Source: an uncultured Chloroflexia bacterium (GTDB lineage: Bacteria; Chloroflexota; Limnocylindria; Limnocylindrales; CSP1-4). From it: a stretch of 64,000 bases of DNA. This document shows, piece after piece, positions 57,057 to 64,000 of this stretch. Position 1 is the first letter of the stretch. Each line of letters opens with the position of its first letter. The notes below the pieces were generated by a model. That model saw only the letters and a list, made by a program, of their open reading frames with translations, searched no databases and was not told where the DNA came from. A program made the position numbers and the translations under genes. Location of the stretch: contig CAVVJT010000010.1 in NCBI GenBank assembly GCA_963748625.1, positions 672,001-736,000 on the forward strand, given 5' to 3'.

Positions 57057-58463
57057 CTAGTACCCGAGTCCGAGCGCCGGCTCGGCCTCGTGCTCAAAGC
57101 CTTTGTCGTCAGTCGCCTCGGGCAGGCCGGCCCTCACGCGCCGGACCACGAGGCCGAGCATCACGACCGCCAGCACGCCGTACAGCAGCGTGAACCCGAC
57201 CATCGTGATCGTGACCTCCAGCGGGGTCGCCAGGGGCGACACCCCGGTGGCCGTGGTCATCAGGCCGTAGACGATCCACGGCTGGCGCCCGATCTCGGTG
57301 AACATCCAGCCGAAGGAGTTCGCGGCCAGCGGCAGGAACGGCAGCAGCACCGCGAGGCCCACGGTCTTGAGGCTCGGCGTCCTGCCCTTGCGCATCCGGA
57401 GCAGGAACCAGGCGCCGACAAGGCCCGCGAGGACCCCGGCGCCGATCATCAGGCGGAAGGTCCAGTAGGTGACCGGCGTGTTCGGCGTGTAGTCGCCCGG
57501 CCCGAATTGAGCCTCCTCCATCTTCTGGAGGTCGTTGATGCCCATGACCTTGCCGTCGAAGGTGCCGGTTGCCAGGAAGGACAGCACATACGGGATCTTG
57601 ATCGAGAAGATCTCCTCGCTCCCGTCGAGCGTGCCGATGGTGAACAGCGAGAAGGCGGCAGGCTGCTCGGTCTCCCAGAGCGCCTCGGCAGCGGCCATCT
57701 TCATCGGCTGCTGCTCGGTCATGATCTTGCCCTGGATGTCGCCGGTCACCGCGACCAGCAGGCCCGAGGCCACCAGCATGATGGCGCCGGCCTTGGCCGC
57801 GGCACGGAACGGCCCGGCCTTCGCGGGGTTGCCACGGTCCTTGACCATCCGGTACATCGCGATGCCCGCGATGAACGCGCCCGTGGTCATGAAGGCCGCC
57901 GCGATCGTGTGCGGGAAGGTGATGAGGTTGGTGCTGTTGGTCAGCACAGCGAGGAAGTCGGTGAGCTCTGCGCGGCCGCTGACCAGGTTGAGCTTGTAGC
58001 CCACCGGGTGCTGCATCCAGGAGTTGGCCGCGAGGATGAAGTACGCGGACAGGAGCGTGCCGACCGCGGCGACCCAGATGGTCGCGAGGTGGACGCGCTT
58101 GGAGAGGCGGCCCCAGCCGAAGATCCACAGGCCCAGGAAGGTGGACTCGAGGAAGAAGGCGAGCAGGCCCTCGACGGCAAGCGGCGCTCCGAAGATGTCG
58201 CCGACGAACCGGCTGTAGTCGGACCAGTTCATGCCGAACTGGAACTCCTGCACGATGCCGGTCACCAGGCCGAGCGCGAAGTTGATGAGGAACAGCTCCC
58301 CGAAGAAACGGGTCAGCTGGAGGTACTGCTCCTTGCCGGTCCGGTACCAGGCGGTCTGGAAGGCCGCGACCGAGAAGGCGAGTCCGATCGTGAGCGGGAC
58401 GAACAAGAAGTGGTAGACGGTGGTGATCCCGAACTGCCACCGCGACAGCATCAACGGATCCAC
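57057..58463 (-). CDS. cydA: Cytochrome bd oxidase subunit I
   Basis: SRWQFGITTVYHFLFVP, AFFLESTF, QPMKMAAAE and TEIGRQPW; GAGGAG SD. Confidence 0.96.
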   Translation of the reverse strand: MDPLMLSRWQFGITTVYHFLFVPLTIGLAFSVAAFQTAWYRTGKEQYLQLTRFFGELFLINFALGLVTGIVQEFQFGMNWSDYSRFVGDIFGAPLAVEGLLAFFLESTFLGLWIFGWGRLSKRVHLATIWVAAVGTLLSAYFILAANSWMQHPVGYKLNLVSGRAELTDFLAVLTNSTNLITFPHTIAAAFMTTGAFIAGIAMYRMVKDRGNPAKAGPFRAAAKAGAIMLVASGLLVAVTGDIQGKIMTEQQPMKMAAAEALWETEQPAAFSLFTIGTLDGSEEIFSIKIPYVLSFLATGTFDGKVMGINDLQKMEEAQFGPGDYTPNTPVTYWTFRLMIGAGVLAGLVGAWFLLRMRKGRTPSLKTVGLAVLLPFLPLAANSFGWMFTEIGRQPWIVYGLMTTATGVSPLATPLEVTITMVGFTLLYGVLAVVMLGLVVRRVRAGLPEATDDKGFEHEAEPALGLGY

Positions 58464-58622
58464 GGGTGACGCAGCTCCTCCCTGGTGGTGATTCTCCTCG
58501 GGAGGAGTGTGTCTGAAGCACATACACCAGTGCCCGGCCGAACGGCACGTATGGGGCACGTCCGCAATGGGCCGGATGGCGTGCGGTTCCGGCCGAGGAC
58601 CCGGGCGCGTCTGACCCGCCTC

Positions 58623-59111
58623 TTAGCGGCGGCACGCCTCGTCGTAGCGGGCGAGCTCCGCGGCGACCGACAGCGGACTACGGTGCTGGCGATCCGTGGG
58701 CGCCTCGGCGTTGACCCGGGCGATGGCCGCATTGATCCGGACGACCAGCTCCTCGAGCGCCGCGCGGTCGCGACGGCGCGCGAAGGACGATGGCACGGGG
58801 CCGGACGCGGCCCGGCTGAGGAGGGCATCACGTCGCTCGAGCAGCTCGCGGACCTCCTTGTCGGCCTCGATCCAGGGCGGCGCATAGCCCTGGTTGCGGA
58901 GCAGGTGGAATGCGAGGTCCATGTCGCCTGCGTAGGGATTGCCGTCGTCCGGCAGAGGCTCGCCCTGGTGGGGCAGGTTGTCGAACTGCCCGTCCTCGAT
59001 CGCCTCGCGGATCTGGCGGTCGATGAGCGTCTCCCAGTCCGGGCCGACCTCCATCTGGCCGTCAGGGCGGCGGCGGTGGACGAGTGGCTTGTTGTCGGGT
59101 GCGTCGGGCAT
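58623..59111 (-). CDS. DUF1992 (DnaJC28 conserved domain) protein
   Basis: IDRQIREAIEDGQFDNLPHQGEPL..LRNQGYAPPWIE. Confidence 0.85.
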   Translation of the reverse strand: MPDAPDNKPLVHRRRPDGQMEVGPDWETLIDRQIREAIEDGQFDNLPHQGEPLPDDGNPYAGDMDLAFHLLRNQGYAPPWIEADKEVRELLERRDALLSRAASGPVPSSFARRRDRAALEELVVRINAAIARVNAEAPTDRQHRSPLSVAAELARYDEACRR

Positions 59112-59144
59112 GGCGGCATCTTGCCACCGGCACCAGGCCGACGG

Positions 59145-59200
59145 CGTGCGCGCAGCGTCATGCAGGCGCCGTGCGCGCAGCGTCATGCAGGCGCCGTGCG
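59145..59200. repeat. 25-bp tandem duplication
   Basis: CGTGCGCGCAGCGTCATGCAGGCGC at 59145 and 59170. Confidence 0.85.
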
Positions 59201-59206
59201 GCAACA

Positions 59207-59848
59207 TCAGGCCGGGGTCGAGCGGTCCTCGATCTCCCACGCATGGTCCAGGGCGTGCCACGCGATGCGCCGGGCGGCATAGCGTGGCGGCCACCGCTTG
59301 CCGGCCAGCGGGCTGCCGTCCGACGGTTGGGCGAGCGCGGCGAGCATCGCCCCCCGGATGGCGGCAGCGTCCAGCCCGCGTGTCCTGATGCCGATGACGG
59401 CGGCGTAGGCCGCATCGCCACCGTTGACGTGCTCGACGACCTTGGACGTGTCCCGGCCCCCGCCCCGCGGTCCCTTGCGCAACTCCTCGGGCGCAGCCGC
59501 GGCAATGGCGTCGAACCTGTCCCAGGCGGCCCGCACGATCGCGACCAGCGCTGCCGCCTCGCGAGTGTCCAGCGGGCGGCGGTCGGCATCCGCCACGATC
59601 GCGGGGACGCCGAAGGCGGTGGATGCGTCACCCTCGCGGCGCTCCGCGACCACCGGCTCGACGTCCACGGGGCCGGTGAGCCCGGCACGCTCGAGGACGG
59701 AACGGTAGCGGGGCAGGGCGTCCTGAAGCTCGCGGAGCGCGGCCGCCTCGTCGCGCCCGGACCGGGCCAGGCCCGGCCAGTCGAGCGCGGACACGTACAC
59801 GCGTTTGGGGGTGGCCTCGACCAGGACGTGGAGCTGCGGATCGGACAT
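59207..59848 (-). CDS. Conserved hypothetical protein (HicB-like N-terminus, DinB-like C-terminus)
   Basis: SALDWPGLARSG, LRKGPRGGGRD..H and WPPRYAARRIAWHALDHAWEIED; CATACT lies 6 nt before the ATG. Confidence 0.75.
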   Translation of the reverse strand: MSDPQLHVLVEATPKRVYVSALDWPGLARSGRDEAAALRELQDALPRYRSVLERAGLTGPVDVEPVVAERREGDASTAFGVPAIVADADRRPLDTREAAALVAIVRAAWDRFDAIAAAAPEELRKGPRGGGRDTSKVVEHVNGGDAAYAAVIGIRTRGLDAAAIRGAMLAALAQPSDGSPLAGKRWPPRYAARRIAWHALDHAWEIEDRSTPA

Positions 59849-59887
59849 CGGCCCAGTATGCCGCCAGCCGCGTTACGCTTGCCCGCG

Positions 59888-60802
59888 ATGACCCCCACGC
59901 CGCAGCCCCACCCGGTGCCCCGTATCCCGCTCACGGTGAACCCGGCCGACATCGGGCTCGTTGACGCGCTGCGCGCGGCCGGTCGCTACTGGCTGGCCAC
60001 CCCGGCGCACTGGGTCCTGCCCGTGGTCGCGGTCGCCCTCGTGAACCTGCTCGCGGCCCTTGTCCTCGGCGGTGCGGCCATCACGTCCGAGCAGCTGCAG
60101 GCCGTCCTGGTCAACGGTCCGCTGGGAACCCAGATGGACATGGAGCGGCTGCCGAAGGTGATCGCGGGACCGGTCGCCGTCGGCCTCGTGACGCTTGTCG
60201 CGCGCTGGTTCCTGGTGGCCAACGCGATCGCCGGGCTCCGTGGCCGCGAGCTCACGGCGGGCTGGGTCGTGACGTCCGGGCTGCGTGCGTTCCTCGCCGA
60301 TATGCTTGTGTCCCTCTCAATGGTCATCCTTTTCAGCGTGGCGCTGTCGCTGGGGCCGACGGGCCTGCTGGTGATCCTGGCTGTCGCCCCGCTCGCCATC
60401 TACCTCGGGATCCGGCTCCAGTTCTGGACGCTGGCGATCTTCGACGGACGCTCGGTGTTCGGCGGCGCTGACACCTCGTGGCGGGTCACTCGGCGCGCCG
60501 TGCTGCGCGTGGCCGGCTGGGCCCTCGCCATCCTGGGCCTCGGCATCCTCGTGGCCATCCCGCTCACGATCGTGGACCTCGTGGCAGGGTCGGTGCCGGT
60601 GGTCGGTGCGGTGATCGGCGGGACCGCGGAGATGGCGCTGTCCGCGTTCACGGTGGTGGTGATGGCGATCCTGTACGAGAGCCAGCGCCTGCGCACCGAT
60701 CCTGCCGCGTACCAGGCGTCGCTGGCGCAGCACCCGGCGGCACTGGCGCCTGAGATCCCGGAGCCGAGCAGCCCGTACGATCCTCCGCCGCCCCCGGCCT
60801 GA
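59888..60802 (+). CDS. Multi-TM hypothetical membrane protein
   Basis: About 6 hydrophobic helices; TACGCT lies 8 nt before the ATG. Confidence 0.75.
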   Translation: MTPTPQPHPVPRIPLTVNPADIGLVDALRAAGRYWLATPAHWVLPVVAVALVNLLAALVLGGAAITSEQLQAVLVNGPLGTQMDMERLPKVIAGPVAVGLVTLVARWFLVANAIAGLRGRELTAGWVVTSGLRAFLADMLVSLSMVILFSVALSLGPTGLLVILAVAPLAIYLGIRLQFWTLAIFDGRSVFGGADTSWRVTRRAVLRVAGWALAILGLGILVAIPLTIVDLVAGSVPVVGAVIGGTAEMALSAFTVVVMAILYESQRLRTDPAAYQASLAQHPAALAPEIPEPSSPYDPPPPPA

Positions 60803-60837
60803 CGCCAGCCGCCGCAGGGGCCTGCCAGCGGGCCAGA

Positions 60838-61698
60838 TCAGCGGGCAGTGGCACCACGCAGGTCGGCGACGAGCGCCGCAAGCACCCCCACATCGCGGCC
60901 GTCCGGCCCGAGCGCATCCACCAGCGCCGAGGCGACGATCACCCCGTCGGCGCCGGCTTCCGCGATCGCCCGCACATGCGCAGGCTGCGACACCCCGAAG
61001 CCCACGGCCACGGGCACGGGCGACACGGCCTTCACCTCGCGGACGAGGTTGGCGACCGTGGGTGGCAGTGACGTCCGGGCTCCGGTCACGCCCACGAGCG
61101 ACACGCAGTAGAGGAACCCGCCGCTGCGTCGGGCGACCGCCTCCCTGCGGGCCGGCGATGACGTCGGCGCGACCAGGTACACCACGGCGATCCCCGCCTC
61201 GGTGGCCACGGCCTCGAACGGTGCACCCTCGTCGGGCGTCAGGTCGGCGACGATGACGCCGGCCACACCGGCCCGCGCGAGGGCCAGCGCGCGGTCGCGT
61301 CCGTCGCCGCCACCGATGAGCTGGTTCGCGTAGCCCATCGCGACCACCGGGACGCCGGGGCGCGCCGCCGCGATCCTGCCGGTCAGCGCGAGGCTCCGGT
61401 CGAACGTGGCCCCGGCGGCCAGCGCACCCTGGGACGCCCGCTGCAGCGTGGCGCCATCGGCAAGGGGGTCGCTGTACGGGAGGCCGACCTCCAGCAGGTC
61501 TGCGCCGGCGTCGATGGCGGCGCAGGCGATCTCGAACGAGGTCTCCGCGTCCGGGTAGCCGGCGACGACATACGGGATGAGGGCGGCCCGACCGTCAGCG
61601 CTGGCGCGGGTGAAGGCGTCGGCGATGCGCCTGGCGCCGGCGGTGTCGTTGGTGTGCGGCAGGGTCGTCCCCGCCGGCCCTGATGCCCGGAGTGTCAT
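60838..61698 (-). CDS. trpA: Tryptophan synthase alpha subunit
   Basis: EVGLPYSDPLADG, LVAPTS, VSLVGVTG and VGFGVS. Confidence 0.96.
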   Translation of the reverse strand: MTLRASGPAGTTLPHTNDTAGARRIADAFTRASADGRAALIPYVVAGYPDAETSFEIACAAIDAGADLLEVGLPYSDPLADGATLQRASQGALAAGATFDRSLALTGRIAAARPGVPVVAMGYANQLIGGGDGRDRALALARAGVAGVIVADLTPDEGAPFEAVATEAGIAVVYLVAPTSSPARREAVARRSGGFLYCVSLVGVTGARTSLPPTVANLVREVKAVSPVPVAVGFGVSQPAHVRAIAEAGADGVIVASALVDALGPDGRDVGVLAALVADLRGATAR

Positions 61699-61751
61699 CG
61701 GAGGGTCTCCTGGGGCCGGGAGGCCGGCCCTGATGCCCGGAGTGTCATCGG
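61673..61751 (-). repeat. 29-bp direct repeat (50-bp period) duplicating the trpB/trpA junction
   Basis: GCCGGCCCTGATGCCCGGAGTGTCATCGG at 61673 and 61723. Confidence 0.85.
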
Positions 61752-64000
61752 CTCGTGTCCCAGGGCTGCACGTCGGCGAAGCGCTCCAGCGCCGCCATGT
61801 CCTTGTCGCCCCGGCCGGAGAAGCCGACGAGCACGATGGCCTCGTCGGGGTACGGCACCCCTGAGCCCTCCAGCCCCGCGAGGAGCTTGGGCAGCGCCGC
61901 CACCGCGTGCGACGTCTCCAGGGCGGGCAGGATGCCCTCGGTGAGGGTCACGGTCTTCATCGCGGCGATCGCCTCGCGGTCGGTGGCGGTGCCCACCTCC
62001 ATGCGGCCGGCCTCCGCGAGGGCCGCCAGCTGCGGCCCGACCCCCGGATAGTCCAGGCCGGCCGACGCGCTGTGCGCCTCGACCACCTGGCCGTCGCGGT
62101 CCTGGAGCATCAGCGATCGGGATCCGTGGAGGATGCCGGGCGTCCCCCCGACGATGGCGGCGGCGTGCCGCCCGGTTGCCACGCCGTCACCCGCGGCCTC
62201 GGCGACCGCGAGCCGCACCGACGGCTCCCCGATGAACCGTGCCAGCAGCCCGATCGCGTTGGAGCCGCCGCCGACGCACGCCAGCGCCAGGTCCGGCAGC
62301 CGCCCTTCGACCTCGTACAGCTGCGCGGCCGCCTCGTCGCCGATGCGCCGCTGGAGATCGCGCACGATCGTGGGGTACGGGTGCGGGCCCATCGCGGAGC
62401 CGAGCACGTAGTGGGTGGTCTCCACGTTGGTGACCCAGTCGCGCATGGCCTCGTTGACGGCGTCCTTGAGGGTCGCCGTGCCCGAGGTGACCGAGCGGAC
62501 CTCCGCACCGAGCTGGCGCATCCGCAGGACGTTGGGTGCCTGGCGCTGGATGTCCTCCTCGCCCATGAAGACGACGCAGGGAAGGCCCAGCAGCGCGCAT
62601 GCGGTCGCGGTCGCGACGCCGTGCTGGCCGGCGCCCGTCTCGGCGATCACGCGGCTCTTGCCCAGGCGGCGCGTCAGCAGCGCCTGGCCGAGGGCGTTGT
62701 TGATCTTGTGGGCCCCGGTGTGGGCAAGGTCCTCGCGCTTGAGGTACAGCCGGATCTCCGGGATGCGCGGGACCTTCCAGCCTCGCTCGCCCGAGAGCAG
62801 CGCGGCCTCCGCGCGGACCTCCGCCGCGAGCCGGTCGGCGCGATAGAGCGCGGTGGGCCGGCCGGCGAAGCGGGCGAGGAGCTCATCGAGCTCCGCCCAG
62901 AACCGGGGGTCGTGGCGGATCGCGTCGTAGGCGGCCTCGAGCTGCTCCAGGGCCGCGATCAGCGTCTCGGGCACGTAGCGCCCGCCAAAGTCGCGCTCCA
63001 TGCCCCAGCGGCCGGCGTCGTCCGTCTCGAGGATGCCGGGGTGGACGGGCGTGGGCACGAACGCGACGTTGGGCCGGTAGCGGCGGGCGTCGCGGGCGCG
63101 CTTGGTGAACAGCGCGACCTTGAACGGGTCCTTGCGCGGCTTGTCACCGGGCGTGCGCGGCCCCTCGGTGCCCGACGCGACATCCACGCCGACGCACGGC
63201 ACGGCGAGGACCGCCTCCCCCACCGATGCGGCCGTCAGGCCCCCGGCCAGGGTGATCGGGATCTCGCGCGCGACGGCGGCGGCAAGGGCGGTGTTGACGC
63301 GGATGCCGGTCCCGCCCGGGTGGGGGCCCCCGGCGGCGTCGAGCAGGATGCCGCCTGCGCCCGCGTCAAGGTAGGTCCGGGCGCGGCGGATGACGTCGTC
63401 GGCGATGGCGCCGGGGCCCACGCGGAGCGCCTTCCAGACGGGCCGGTCGATGGCGGCGATCGCAGCGGGCGGCTCGTCGCCGCTGAGCTGGACCTCATCG
63501 GGGTCGACGGCTGCGATGACGCGCGCCAGCTCGTCGGCGGGGAGATCCGCGGTGACCACCACGATCTTCGGCATGCTCGTCGCGGACGCGGCGGCCTGCC
63601 GCGCGAGGCGGGCGAGGTTGGCGCCCTGCTCCAGGGTGAGACAGCGCGGGGTGCCGGGCGCGAAATTGATGCCGATCGCGTCGGCGCCGGCGCGGACCGC
63701 GGCAAGGACGCCCTTCGCGTCGGTGACGCCGCAGATCTTGACGCCGGGCAGACGTGCCTCGGACGCGGGGCTGGCCGGGTGCCGGCCTGCGGCCACGAAC
63801 GCACGGGCCGTGGAAGCCGGGTCGCCAGCGCGCATCAGCGCCTCACCGACGAGGGCCGCATCGAAGCCGGTCGCCCGCCAGCGGGCGATGGTGGCGGTGT
63901 TGCGGACGCCCGACTCGGCCACAACCAGGCGGTCGGCGGGCACGAGGTCGAACAGGCGCACCGCCTGCTCCGGATCGACGTCCAGCGTGCGTAGGTCGCG
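61745..64000 (-). CDS. trpB: TrpC-TrpF-TrpB fusion (5' end lies outside the window)
   Basis: One frame carries VAESGV..LVGEALMR (TrpC), VKICGV..LAGGL..GVDVASG (TrpF) and FGGRYVPE, LKREDLAHTGAHKINN, GGGSNA, SGRGDKD (TrpB). Confidence 0.92.
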   Translation of the reverse strand, partial: RDLRTLDVDPEQAVRLFDLVPADRLVVAESGVRNTATIARWRATGFDAALVGEALMRAGDPASTARAFVAAGRHPASPASEARLPGVKICGVTDAKGVLAAVRAGADAIGINFAPGTPRCLTLEQGANLARLARQAAASATSMPKIVVVTADLPADELARVIAAVDPDEVQLSGDEPPAAIAAIDRPVWKALRVGPGAIADDVIRRARTYLDAGAGGILLDAAGGPHPGGTGIRVNTALAAAVAREIPITLAGGLTAASVGEAVLAVPCVGVDVASGTEGPRTPGDKPRKDPFKVALFTKRARDARRYRPNVAFVPTPVHPGILETDDAGRWGMERDFGGRYVPETLIAALEQLEAAYDAIRHDPRFWAELDELLARFAGRPTALYRADRLAAEVRAEAALLSGERGWKVPRIPEIRLYLKREDLAHTGAHKINNALGQALLTRRLGKSRVIAETGAGQHGVATATACALLGLPCVVFMGEEDIQRQAPNVLRMRQLGAEVRSVTSGTATLKDAVNEAMRDWVTNVETTHYVLGSAMGPHPYPTIVRDLQRRIGDEAAAQLYEVEGRLPDLALACVGGGSNAIGLLARFIGEPSVRLAVAEAAGDGVATGRHAAAIVGGTPGILHGSRSLMLQDRDGQVVEAHSASAGLDYPGVGPQLAALAEAGRMEVGTATDREAIAAMKTVTLTEGILPALETSHAVAALPKLLAGLEGSGVPYPDEAIVLVGFSGRGDKDMAALERFADVQPWDTSR

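Noticed and set aside
58464-58620. Rex or FNR operator upstream of cydA
   Set aside because: Only a weak GTGT-N11-ACAC dyad; it does not match TTGTGAA-N4-TTCACAA or TTGAT-N4-ATCAA.

Overview
High-GC (roughly 70%) core-chromosome segment. From the 16S sequence and gene content it most likely comes from an uncultured Chloroflexota of the Limnocylindria/Ellin6529 type; this is judged by eye, not by a database search. In order it holds: rpsA-clpC-radA-yacL-ispDF-cysS, an Fpg/Nei glycosylase, a LysM protein, a complete rrn operon (16S-Ile-Ala-23S-5S, minus strand), large SRP RNA-dnaX-ybaB-recR, three tRNA-Ser and one tRNA-Arg, a tadA homologue, pfk, a teichoic-acid-like cluster, a VanW protein, an ECF sigma/anti-sigma pair, modA, an attenuated aro operon, cydABDC and the end of a trp operon. 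I found no integrase, transposase, prophage or CRISPR array. Main highlights: (1) The tRNA-Arg that normally reads ACG has anticodon GCG, and the syntenic TadA has lost its catalytic Glu (HAV instead of HAE), which suggests loss of inosine decoding with a retained pseudo-deaminase. (2) Translation looks actinobacteria-like: about 10 leaderless genes, several short uORFs whose stop codon overlaps the next start codon, an ~85-nt structured insertion in 23S domain III, and a bS1 with long acidic repeat tails. (3) There is a CDP-ribitol/polyol-phosphate polymer cluster. (4) A Tyr/Phe leader-peptide attenuator precedes the aro operon. (5) TrpC, TrpF and TrpB are fused in one ORF. About seven genes carry 1-bp frameshifts that look like long-read consensus errors, so all single-base claims need checking against reads.
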